Shown piece after piece: positions 1-12,100 of a stretch of 64,000 bases of DNA. This DNA is from Takakia lepidozioides (taxonomy: Eukaryota > Plantae > Bryophyta): positions 36,952,001 through 37,016,000 of the forward strand of contig CM060733.1 of NCBI GenBank assembly GCA_030704615.1. Direction: 5' to 3'. The translations under genes and the position numbers were made by a program. Each line of letters begins with the position of its first letter. Within the stretch, counting starts at the first letter, position 1. The notes under the pieces were generated by a model, which saw only the letters and a program-made list of their open reading frames with translations, had not been told where the DNA came from and made no database searches.

Positions 1-2485
1 CATCAGAAAAGAAGATGAAGGGATCCACGTTGTCAATGGGTGCCTGAAACTCCTCATCGTCCGTAAACTCATCATAAGAATCATCGGAGTCATCCCCATG
101 TGTTGAGAAGACTTTTGCCTGTTCAGCCCAGCAGAATCAACAGATCATCTCACCAAACAGATGAACATCAGTGTCAGTTCTACGTCCACACTCAGGCCTA
201 AAGGAATCCAGTACAGATTGTGAACATGAAACGAGTAATCCAAATTGAGAATACCCACACTGATTTGAGGACACATGGCTTGACTCTACAAGCATGTATT
301 CTACCTGAGCGGCCATTCTGGAGCTTGTGTTTCAGCTCCTTATCCCAGTCCCCGTCATCACCAGAACGCCAGCCATCCAAATCTTCATCATCCTCATCCA
401 CATCCTCCACCTTACCTAACTCTATAAACAGACCCTCCCAGACATGTCAGAAAGTGAAGGAGATTGAAAAGACATACATGAACATTAAAAGAGCAACTGG
501 GTACTGCCATAACAATGACGAAGACATGTCAAAGACGACAAATATCACAGCATCCAGAAGGCACCCTGCAAAAGAAATACGAATGTCATTAAAACAAGTA
601 GAAACCAACCTGCGTGCTGATCCTTGTAGGCCACAAGCAGCTTGAGGAGAGCCCGGAAAACCTGATCCAGACCTACCTGCAACTCAGGTGGCATTGCTGC
701 CACCGGCACTGGCAGCAAAGATACCATCCTCAATATGCAAACCTTCTTATCATGCTCCCTGTAACACACCATTCCCCAAAATGAGTAATCAGAAGGAACC
801 TCAGGAGCCATATAAACGAGTTCAACAAGCCACTAGTTACAATCAGAAGACCACTTTCTTGTATGTTTCATGGTTAGTTGTTTCATGGTATGTTTCATAG
901 ATAACAGGTGCCAGTCTTCCTTGTATGGCTTACAAATACAACAATACCTCGTAGGAATCAGTACCTGATGAAGTGAACAGGTTTTCCGGTCTTCTTCACT
1001 TCGTAAAGCATTTGAAACCAAGCTTGGAAAACTTCGCCAGTCACTCCCAATTTTTGTAGAATATTGAGACATAGGCCTGCATTGTAGTAGAGCCCATTTG
1101 CAACCTGCAGAAGTAGAATCCCACAAGCCTCGAACTGAAACTCAACCTATTAACTTGCTATTTAAAGTTAAAATGAGCTTTTCAGCAAGGTACATCAATG
1201 GTGTCAGACATCTTTTAAGGGCTAACCAACCAAGGAGCAAACAATTGGCAAAACCTGAAGAAGTGATGTAGGCATGCTTCACACTAGGAAGCACACACAA
1301 CCCCTTCATGATACAACTAATTCAACTCTAATTATTCCAAATGATACACAATGCCAGAAATTGCATGACTATCCGAATGAATTGATGAGTGATATTAAAT
1401 GACAAAAAGGATAGCGAGAGGCGAGGGGCCGGGGGGGTGTGGTGCTTTATCCGTCAACTGAGTCGCGCGAAGGTAAGTTCAGAGACCTGTGAGAGAAAGC
1501 AGACGTACCACTTCCATCACTAAGTCCTTCAAATAGTTCTTCCTGGTCTTTCGAAGACTTTCAACACTGACTTGTAAGTAGGGCTCCACCCATTGACCCA
1601 CACGTCCCCGGCAGTTTTGTAACACTGCCTCTATCAACTTTGGTGCTGGCTCGATATCACTGTCTTCAAGTTTGTCATCTGATAATACCTGTCACATCTT
1701 AACACTTTAAGCAGGTGCGATAAAGAATGTACTCATTAGGGATTGTCTACCGCAGCCTTGTGGCCATAGACCCTGCGTGCCCAGTTTGGGCGGAACAAAA
1801 GCGACCAGAAACTACCTTTGTGAGGGGCTCAATCCGGTAGTGGGACTTACCTTGGTATAGACAATTAGTTCGGGCTTTCCAGATATCCTCTAGAAAGCCC
1901 TTCACACAAGCATCAATCTGCTGTGTGTGAGCAGCCCAAAGTTAGACCCCAACAGGGCCAGGGCGTTAGGCTCAACCTCACGATTTTGGAAGTTGGTGCA
2001 CAGAGGAGCCAGGACAACGTTCTTGATTGTCCAGAAGAGGGTCACTCTATAGCAAGAAAATCCCAGACAATGTATCAGGAAATGGATACTGTAATCAGGT
2101 TGCCACATCAGGCAATTACAATCTCCTCTTCCTCTGTGCATCTGTTTAAAGGTAGGCTTCCCGCCTGGGGTTTAAATTTCAGTCTAGCGCCAAGGATAAA
2201 AAGACAAATATAGAGAGAAACGAAGCTCAACTCAGGATCAGTTTTTGGAAGCACAAGCCAGCAATGAAGAAGCAAGAATAACATCTTCACCTTATCCTTG
2301 CTGTCCCTCATGGAATGTGCAGGTGAGAACTCTCATGGCTTGATGTCACCAAGGATAACATATTTGAAACAGAGCTCTTACCGTGGATAAAATCTTAAAA
2401 AGGCTTTGTTGGTAGTCTGGATCTTTACACAACAAAAAATGCTCCGTACTCCTTGAAATGTAATTATCCATTGGCACCAAAACGT
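1..2485 (-). pseudogene. SAD2: Importin-7/8 (SAD2-like) C-terminal fragment with introns; probable duplicated pseudogene, running off the left edge of the window
   Basis: GT-AG exons 2382-2485 ([34 protein letters not shown]), 1509-1688 (DDKLEDSDIEPAPKLIEAVLQNCRGRVGQWVEPYL), 965-1104 (VANGLYYNAGL...WFQML), 610-758 ([10 protein letters not shown]...[14 protein letters not shown]), 305-421 (acidic tract), 1-118 (AKVF...DDEEFQAPIDNVDPFIFF) match the plant SAD2/importin-7 C-terminus. No SAD2-like exon found upstream of 2485. There is a frameshift near 315 between the DKELKHKLQ and MAAQ|AK frames. Confidence 0.85.
1724..1930. ncRNA. Putative structured RNA / small mobile element, copy 1 (in SAD2-like intron 1689-2381)
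   Basis: Aligns colinearly with 31450-31652. Five predicted helices are retained in both copies, some with compensatory changes. Function and strand unknown. Confidence 0.55.
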
Positions 2486-4604
2486 CTGCAACAAGACGTC
2501 CACTGTTAATCATGAAGCAACCAATGCTGAAGGACCCAAAACACCTTGGCTGCTGCTCATTGAAACACAGAAACGGTCACCCTACAACCTCATACTGCTG
2601 TTTCCACTGGGTTCTTGGTTAGGTGTCTACCCTAGATTGAAGAGTTGTTCCTTGTTAAACAAGCTTTTGATCGACAACAGCATTAAAGTGATGAGTAGCC
2701 ACCAGCAAAGATTGGGCAACTAACAGGGGAACTAGACTATTATATTACGGAACAGCCGATCTTCATGCGTCAAGAACTACACAACAAAGGGAAGTTCGGT
2801 GTCAAAACATTATAATCTTTCAGCATCACTTTGACTTTGTTTTCGACGATTAACAGATCGGCTAGAGAGAGAGAGAGAGATCTGACAGATGCGCTGACTG
2901 ATCAGAGTGATGTGGGAAAGACTAAATTCAAAGGCAGGAACAGAGACCAAATGAGAACGAATTTCGAGAACGAGAAGAATGTCTTTTCAGGGGGCGATGT
3001 GATGGTCACTTGAAAAAGTTTACTGAGTACTTACTCGAGCAGCAGGCGACGTTTCCTCCTTGATTGCACGCTTCCGAAAGGAACTCGTAAGGATACACTG
3101 TGCCTCTTTTATCGGCTGCTTGTCTGCTGCCGGCAACTTTCTTTTATCCTCCTCATGAGAGTCAACATTCAGCACTATTGATCGGAGGACGGAAACGATG
3201 AAGAGATTCATCGATGAAAGAGCTGTGTGCATGCCATTTTGCCCTCATTTTCTGCCTGAACCTTGCACTCCTACCACAGATTAGAGTTTGCCTCCACATG
3301 AGGCTGAAAATGACTAAAACAATCGCCACCATCCTGAACACGGTAAGAGCCCTTTATCCCTTGTTGTGAACTTTAATCCCACACATCACTGCTCCTACTT
3401 CGCACTTTCAAGAGCTTATGGTGCTGCCCAACACCACTTTAACAAATGCCCATATGTTTATAACATTCTCTGCTCCTCACTACAGGAAGAAGTCTACTAT
3501 TGTACCCTTCCATACTAGTTGGCTAGCTCACCCACAGAGCTACTGACTGCACTTTAATGACAAAAACACATGATAATAACACAAATGCAATGATCCAACC
3601 CTTCACTCGTATTACTATCCACACACATTCTCTACATTATACCGCCCTACCAATTCTGGTACAAGTCTTATTACTACATCACAAATACCATACATCAGCA
3701 TATGAACTCCTCCTTTCATACAAGTATTACTCAAAAGGCACTACCTCCATCCCTTCACAAAATAGACATAAGCAAATCCCTTCTCAGAAGAATGGTAAAG
3801 GCACATATCTCTTAGTCTCGTCATATAGATTCTGCTCAAAAGCTGCAGCCTCTATTCCCACTTACACCAAAAATATACAGGCCTCCCCCTCCCCTCCCAC
3901 TACAATACACCTATCTTACATCTATCTTGGCATAAATGCTTTACCTCTTCCCACCACTCCTAAATTACCATGACCAAATGCCTACCTGCCTCTTCTCAGA
4001 TTTATCACACCCTCAGACAACATGTTTCTCTGTCAAATAATACCTGAGATGCTCTAGTGTAACATCTCTACTACCTCGGCCCACCACATTAACCAGATCA
4101 TATGACTATGCTACACACCATTCACACACATTATACGACCAATTTTATAAAAAGTACGGAGTGCCAAGCACTCCATTGAGTGTGGAAAAAGTCATAAGGC
4201 CATCAGATCCATTGTAAGGATCTCTAACCGTAGCCCCCAATCTCGATACTGCTTAAGCCCTAACACTCACCATAACCCGCGGGTCACACAAGATACCTCA
4301 GATCCCACTCTCTCATCTGTATTTTACCATACCTCTGCTAATACTATAACTGCTACATGGAGGGTCTACCAGGTAGCGCTATCTGGATTAGAGAATGGAG
4401 ATCTTGCCCCACACAGGTGGACCTCTGGATTAAGGAAATCCAGCTTTGTACCCACCCAATTGGTACTCTTTTACTATGCAAAAAACCCTTACTGCACTCT
4501 CCAGCAGTGCTTCAGCTGTAAATCCTCCAAGACCCACGTACAAGCAGTACGACATGCCGGAACCCCCTATCTTTTGGCCAAACCACAGATCACACCCCAC
4601 TTTG

Positions 4605-5228
4605 TCAATTCAAGGCGAACCCTAAGTGATAACATAGGAGGAGTCGCTTCGAATCCACATCACCGGTCACAGGGAGGCCATAAAAACGGAGTAGCTCGTT
4701 GAGGGCGTCCTCTGCCAAGCGTGTACATGCAACCTTGCTTGCCGGGAAGCGAGGGGGAATGTCCCCTTCGTCATTCACCACTGGCAGCAAAGGGGAAACC
4801 AACGCCAGGGAAGAGTTTACTATCCTGGATAGGCTTTGCTTCTGCGTAGTACTCACCCTTTGTTCCAAACGTTGGAACCCACCAGCTTGACTGACCTGGA
4901 GTGCCTGCACCGCCTGCACCTGTGCCTGCACTTGTGCCTGGAGTGCCTGCACCTGTGCCTGCACTTGTGCCTGGAGTGCCTGCACCTGTGCCTGCACTTG
5001 TGCCTGCATATTGTTCAACACATTCAAGATGTTCTGCTGCGCTTGCTGCAGGGTCGCCATGTTTTCCCGCATCGACTCCATGCTCCTCGCTATGCGTAAC
5101 ACTGGTAAGTTCTCCAGTTTGGGGACCTCTTCCCCGATAGTTTGGAATGCTACCCCTAGGACAGGGACCTCGACTCCCATAGAGCGGAATGCTGCCCCTA
5201 AGGCTACCATATTAGGCTGTTGGGCCAT
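4605..5228 (-). CDS. Intronless 207-aa coiled-coil protein with a Mug135/DUF1773-like C-terminal domain
   Basis: Clean ORF. N-terminal MAQQPN...EVPKLENLP motif, Q/A-rich heptads, and C-terminal PLLPVVN..GDIPPRFP......L....LNELLRFYGL.......KRLLLCYHLG resembling the fungal family (recalled, not searched). Confidence 0.65.
   Translation of the reverse strand: MAQQPNMVALGAAFRSMGVEVPVLGVAFQTIGEEVPKLENLPVLRIARSMESMRENMATLQQAQQNILNVLNNMQAQVQAQVQALQAQVQAQVQALQAQVQAQVQAVQALQVSQAGGFQRLEQRVSTTQKQSLSRIVNSSLALVSPLLPVVNDEGDIPPRFPASKVACTRLAEDALNELLRFYGLPVTGDVDSKRLLLCYHLGFALN
4895..5008. repeat. 33-bp coding tandem repeat (about 3 copies) encoding QAQVQAQVQAL
   Basis: Repeated cctggagtgcctgcacctgtgcctgcacttgtg units visible directly. 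Confidence 0.9.
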
Positions 5229-5889
5229 CGAGAAAATGCGAGGGACTGGAAGATAGAGGAGAGGAAGGAGACGAAGGCGAAGGCGAAGGCGAAGGCGAAG
5301 AAAACGTAAGGACGCTTTTCTTGGAGATGGGTGAGTGGCGGACGGAGAAGTGCGACGACTACCTACCCAAATTCTACTTAGTGCACGTTCAGTCTCGCTA
5401 AGCAGTTTATAGTCTAATTATTAATGCTAATCTGCGGAATCGAGTCTGCAGGAATGACCAGGATTTGTGAACTGTCAGTGAGAAAGGGCCAAAGATGAGG
5501 CTCAAAGGTAAGCCAACACTCCAAAAACGACAGCCTGCTTCACGCATTCCACGCCACGGAGGGTATGGTGCCCAGTATGGTGAGGATTCATATATTGCCC
5601 CCATGCGGCCGCCTACTTATGGTATATGAGTTGCTCCACCCCCAACGGTATAGGCCTCAACCCCCCGCCCCCTCCCCCCCCGTCAATATGCTGATCCAGG
5701 GATGTTTGGAGAGTATGGTGAGTATGGCGAGTACGGTGAGGGTCATGAAAATGATGATGAATATTCTCCGCAGCCGCAACAAGCGCGGTATGCTGCCTTG
5801 AATTGTGGGGGTCGTTCAGCCTGGCCATAGGAAGGGCAGGTCGCAGATTACAACGAGGAGTCTGATCATGTGGAGGAGGCTGCACCTCT

Positions 5890-6620
5890 AAAGTGTCAGG
5901 GAAGGGCACAATGCCAGAAGAAGGGCTAACCGGGCTGCAAAGGCAGCTGCAACACAACAAAAATTGGATTGTGTAAAGCAGGGGCTTCCCGGACATACAA
6001 TGATAATGCTGGATGGGCATGGAGAGCCCATTAATCCTTCTAGAAATTTATGGATGATAGGGCTGAAAAGCCAAGTCCTTCGTTTTCTTGATTTTACAAA
6101 GCACGTGGACCAACAAAATGAGGTTGTTGTCCATCTCATTAACAAGAATTTGGCTGCTATGTACACCTACAGCCCTGGCCAATTGGATTTGAGCATATGA
6201 GGGAAACAACCAACAAGATGCTCAAGACAACTAGATACAATCTACATCGTTTGTTTAAAAATGGTAAGGGAAAACCTGCCAATGTGTCTGATTCCCAATG
6301 GGATACTCTTGTAAAGTACTGGTCATCACAGTCTTTTGCAAAAGTATCTCAAAATATGAAGAAAGCCAATTCCTACATTCAAAAACCAACCAAGACCAGG
6401 CGTGGTGGCAAGGCAGGTGTTGAAGCGCGTCTAGTGAGCATCTCAGGCACCATTGAACTTCAGTTTCGGTTTCATTTTTTGGATAGGGAAGGGGATATTG
6501 ATAGGCAAGGTACTAAGGTATCCCTATGCATGCAGGCTGACTCAAGTGGCCGGAGCCCTTCTCTTCAGGAGATCCAAGATGAATTTGTCAGTAAAGCAGC
6601 CCACTCCGAATACCGGGTAA
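5890..6620 (+). mobile_element. Degenerate CACTA/En-Spm (Ptta/En/Spm, Transposase_24-like) coding remnant
   Basis: RYNLHRLF...KPANVSDSQWDTLVKYWSS..FAKVSQNMKKANS....T..RGG is typical of plant En/Spm TnpA-like proteins. It is split by a frameshift near 6197. Confidence 0.6.
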
Positions 6621-9123
6621 GTGCACTTGTATATACATTTTGTCTCTCCCCTGTGGCATTACCTTTGGTTTGGTGATTGTCCATTGCTTTCAGTTTGCCT
6701 CTAGCTTCCATTTGTGCCTCTAGCATCTCATTTTTTCATGTTGTTGACTGGACCAGAATTCTGCCCTACGGACTTTGTCGAAGCTACTAACCCCCAACCG
6801 TTGAACGGGCCCTACCTTGCACAAAATTAAGATCCGTGCAAACTGCCAACTGTCACGTAGAAGGTAAGCTACCGACCTAAAAAATGCCACCTAGAAGTTA
6901 TTTTAGTGGAGGACTTTTGGGCATAACAATTCATTTAATTTCTTATAATACAAGATTTCTTTCTAGGAGCAAACTTTTCAAGATTCAGGAAAAAGCCTCC
7001 ACGGCCTCCCTGGTGGTTATTTTTTCCACTGTTTTGTGAACCTTATTTTGATTAAAAGGGCCTCTGTCCCCCTTTCCTTTAAAAAAAAAGAATTAAAAAA
7101 AGAAGAATAGTTTACTTGTGGCAGGCTCCTTTCCAGTGCCACTTGGGAGTCTGGAAGGCCAGTCAGGGAAGGGCAGCCAAAAATTTTACTTTTTCTTTTG
7201 CTACATACTCAATCCAACGGCAAGTGTGGGCTAGAGATGTAGTCAAGTGCTTGGGCAGTTAGGGGTCATTCAAAGTTGGTCATCAGCATTGTTTATCATT
7301 ATAATTTGATATAAAAAGAATGAAAACAAAAAAACAATGGATTGTTGTTATTTTCGGAAAATTTGACGGCGGAGATGAACAACAAGAACAATAATCTTTA
7401 GTACCACAATTCTTCACTTGCTTGTTTTTAAAAACAGGACTTACCTCAATATCCTCTGACTTGGGACATACGGCTTGGGGAGTTTTTTCCGCAGGTATTG
7501 GTAGGGGATTTTGACCCCTCATCGACTCTGGTAGATTCCAGCCTTCCCTAATGCTCGAGGCTCACCGAATCCCTGGCCCTCGCTCCGGATCAGGAGGAAG
7601 ACAAAGACATCAAAATTCCACCACACCTCGATCACCATACTCACCATTAGCCTTTTAAAGGCTAGTATTAAAAGTCTTACTGATTTTGCCACTAGAGTAC
7701 TTCTCATTTCTACTAATCTCTCACCATATTCTCGCTCTACTAATTTAGCTATGGTCCTATTTGGGGCCACTCGAGGGAGCCCCCTAAATACTAACTAAAA
7801 TAGTTACTAGATATGTATAGTAGTGAGGGGAGCACCCCCCTTATATAGGCTTGGGAGGCCGCGCTGGAGACTTCCAGAAGACCCCTCTCTACTCGACCGC
7901 CCCCCTTTTCTCTCGCCCTGCGTGTCCCCCCACTTCAATCGTTCTAGCTAGTCACTCTCCTTGATTGAAACTTGGGTTTACATATTCTCTCTTGTGGGTG
8001 GCACCCTATCGACGCACTCCTCATGGTTTCCTGCTCTGGTTATTTTCTTTTAGCACCACTAAAAATATTCCCAAGGCCTTCATCCCCTGTTTTTCATTTT
8101 TTCAAAAAGTTCTCTGCTTGTTAATCGCTTCGTAATTTCCTCCGGGAAGCTTTTCCCAGTGAATTGGGCAGTTATTTGTTTGCTTTTTGTAACCAGCGGT
8201 TCGGTTGCTTCAAAAATTTAGAAAAATCCTGCGATTGTGATTAATAAATTTACACGGCTAGATATAGCCTCCGGTTCCAGTTACTTGCAAAACCCTTAAA
8301 TAACCAGCAGTTTACATCAAATAAAGTGAGGATATTGGCTTGGACAAAGCTCACCTAATTATTAACTGCAACAGCAGAGCCGGAGGTGGCAGAAATCCTG
8401 GAGATGCAGCTAAGTTTTTTTGCTCGATTACCTATTTGAATGCCTAAGTTAACCTCTCCTAATTGGACTGGTCACTTCATTTTTTTCACCTTTATATATA
8501 TATCCGGATAGGTAATTAGAGAGAAATTTAATTAACCGCCCAACATTGGTTTTTCCCTTGGCAATGGGGTTAGGGGTACGCTTCATGGCCATCGCAAGGT
8601 TAATTGATTCCTTGCTCCGCTCACGGGCCCTTGTGCCGATGATGATGTATTTATATATATGACGCCAACCGAAGCTAGCATAAATAAATGTGCGACGATG
8701 ATGATGATAACAACAAGCACAACAACACCCCCACATTGAAGACTGTGCTCACAGGATGCCAATCCCCCAGTGAAGAGTGTGGAGGAATGGAATGGACAGT
8801 AACCGCCAGTAGAGTAGAGTAAGTAGAGTAGAGTAAAGGGGAGTTAGGCGTAGAAAGGAGTCAACCCTAGAGTAGCGAGCGTGCGTAGCGCAGGATTCAT
8901 CGCATGCACGACACTGGATAAGCCCCTCGTGCACTCCGATTGTTCACGCACAGCCTTGCCTTCGCAGGCAACATACAAGCATGTGCCCCAGATTGCACAG
9001 GGGCCGGCTTGACAGAATTGCAGTGGGGATTCCTGCTGGACGGCCCCTGGGAACTGGCATTGCATTGCATGTCCAAGTGAGGCGTTCACCTGGTATTCAT
9101 GAGGCGTAAGCAAGTGAAGCAGG

Positions 9124-12100
9124 ATGACGCGCACGATCATGGAAGGGTGGATGGTTAGGTATGGGCGTCGCAAGATTGGACGCTCATTTTTCCACAAGCG
9201 CTATTTTGTATTGGAATCCCTATTGCTTGCGTACTACAAGCGGAAGCCATCTGACAAAGAGGTGCGCTTCCGTCAACACCAGGTGACATCCCCATTGATT
9301 ATTCTAGACGACATTGTGTTGTTTTCCGCACACGTTTCTGCACCTGCGATCTCATTGCTGTGAGGTTGAAGGACTCTATCCAACCCCGTTAGATCGAGTT
9401 GTGAGGTAGACATGCTGTTGCAATGTTGTATGGTCGTGTCTCCGTTAGCGTAGATTGCAAGGTTCAATGCGACGATCATAGTGCTGATAACTCTCAATGC
9501 GTTGAGAGTTAAACGCTTCTCAGAGTCTAGATGTGAGTTGAGTTCCAGCTGGCGTGAGCTGCAATTGCTTTGGGGACGCACGGAGAGAAAAAGGGGGAGG
9601 TATGGCGATAGAGACAGAGACCTATCGATTATCAACCTCATCATTACACTCGGTGCTGGGGGCGTGCACTTCATTTGTTGGTGTTTGGCTCAGCAGGGGT
9701 GTTTCTCGCGTCATATGAGCCGATTCAATGTTGTGACAGTGAACATGGAGTGTGTTGAACTTCGGATTCAGTTGTCAAACGTTGATCGACACTTAGTTAG
9801 GTACTTAGAAGCGGTTATTATGGTACTATGCAGGGAAACCCTAGGTTCATTGGTTGGTATGTCGTTCTAATGCACCTTCGGTAGACAATCCCTTACCCTT
9901 GGGAAGTATAGTGGACAATTCCCCTATGTTTCCAGTGGTAAGATGAACTTGCCTGCTGAGATTTTTGAATGCACATTGCTTGTAAAGACTATTGAACAGT
10001 TCTCTGCGGAATTGATGGGTATGGTCATGCAGGTTCCACTCAAGTCACTCATTATTGATGGAAATTGCAGAGTGGAAGATCGGGGACTTGAGACACACAA
10101 TGGGCATGTGCGGTGATGACCTCTGTGTTGATGTTTATGCTCTGTGCTTGGGAAGTTGAGAGACATGCGTTTTTCATGAGAATTGCACACTAGGATTAAA
10201 AACCATCTGGAATCATTTACTGCTTTCAAGATGGATTGGCATCCACTCTTAGTCTTTTGGGTTGGAAGGCAGATTGGTTGGTTTGGTCCTTGAGTCAGTT
10301 TCCTCCCAATGTCCTTATGGCGTGTGATTGCAAATTGAGTACAAGAGCTTCCCAAGGTTGTGTAAAGCAGTGACCTGTCACTTTGGTTGCCACAGTTGGA
10401 AGTCTTTATTGTGCAGTAAATGTGGATGCCTTAGGGGCCTCCACTACCAGCTTTGCCTGAATCTCTTAGCCTTTGTTGCATTACTGATTTGACGCACAGT
10501 GTAACCTGGTCAACACATCGCTAACCTATTCCGGCACTGCATTATAGTGTATTAATGCCAGAATTAGGGAGATGTACCTGCAAGGTATATGTTCGTCTAT
10601 TGCCAGGAACCTATAGCCTCAGAGAGCAGCCGACACTGCTACACGTTGCCACACTATGTGGAATTGTCCCCTGAGGAAGAGCAGTCCGATGTGGGCTGCA
10701 TGAAGAAGTTTTAGGTGACTATTCGGCAACGGCCCCTCAGATTGTGGTACAAGGGCAGCATATGTCTGTGGCAGCTTGCATGGAAATTTGGCTTTCTGTA
10801 GTTTTCATTTGGCTGGCTGTGATGACAGGCTGTATATGTCTTGTCAGTGCACAACAAAAAGGACCGCTCTCATCGCATCACGGTAGTTCCCTCCCTTGAA
10901 GCTGTCTGAAGAGACATATTTTGGTGGGATGTCTGGTGGGATGACTTATACTGGGGAAATATGCGTGTGATTATTCTCAGTAAGTGTAACCTTTGAGAAT
11001 TTGCTCTACGAGTTTGCTGTCCTGAACCTTGACGTTATTGGAGAGATGTTCATTGGAGTAATTTGTTATGCTGCAGATGGCCGCGTTGAATATTCAGGAG
11101 GCATGTGCATGGAAAGAGGCATTGGAACAAGTGATAGATCAGGTGCTACGCTACTTGCAAAGTTGGGTCTTGGTTTGTATCACTAGGCGAGGGTTCTCAC
11201 GTGGGATTCGATAAAGTCCTCTGCTGCAACAGTGTGCAAATGACCTTCAAATGAGTTACATATGTTCATGCATGTGCATATGTCACCCAATTGGACTACA
11301 GTATTCAGAGACAAGAAACTTGTAGAATGCAATTCCGAATATCTTTAACTTCAGCTTTATTTTGGGTTTAGCTTTTACTTAAGGTCAATGTTGTAAGGCA
11401 TTCCTGCTCTGTAAAGGCCTGAGTGAAGTTGCTGAAGTTGGAAGGTTTAAGCTGGTGCTGTGTATCACCAGAACAGTGAATCTGAAGTGAGGTGCAAGGC
11501 CAGTGAGTTGTACATGCTGACTGCTTGTTCTATTCATGAGGATTGAGGTTTAGTGCTACAAGGGCCTTTTGCTGCAGCTTAACCTACTGCATTGTAACGA
11601 ACATTTCAAGATAGACGTGAGCACAGCAGTAGTACAGAGCGTGTTTCTGACGGGGGTTACTGGCAGTACTCGAACATGCACACTGCTACTGGGAGCAGCA
11701 GCCGCTATGCACCTGTTGAACTGAAAGGAAGTGCAGAGCCTGAGCGAACTGCTTCGTCCTCCGATCGTGAAAGCCAGTTTGTATTCTGCTCATCTCACAT
11801 TTTGTGGTCACTAACTTTACATCATATTGTCATGTGTTTGGCACTTCTTGGTGCTTTTTCCAGCTTAAACCAGCCTTAGTAGCTTGTTGAAAGGTGTATT
11901 GATGTCATGTCTGTCTGTACCTGGCCTTTGAAGGGGTCAAAGTGGCAAGTCTCAAGTAGAGGAAGAGGAGGAGAAGGGAAGAAATCACGTTCGAAGGAAG
12001 GCCGGCAGTGGTATGGAGACTTTTGCAAAATGTTCACACACTGTCTGTAGCATATTTGCTTTCCTGTTGTTAGTTTGAATTTGGGTTCGGTTGCCATGAT

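Noticed and set aside
1845-1855. ACTTACCTTGG resembles the U1 snRNA 5' end
   Set aside because: It lies mid-element with no U1 stem-loops or Sm site following. It is better read as a splice donor on the opposite strand.
7283-7860. Short minus-strand ORFs with an upstream TATA-like box
   Set aside because: No recognisable domain or splice structure; probably a repeat remnant.
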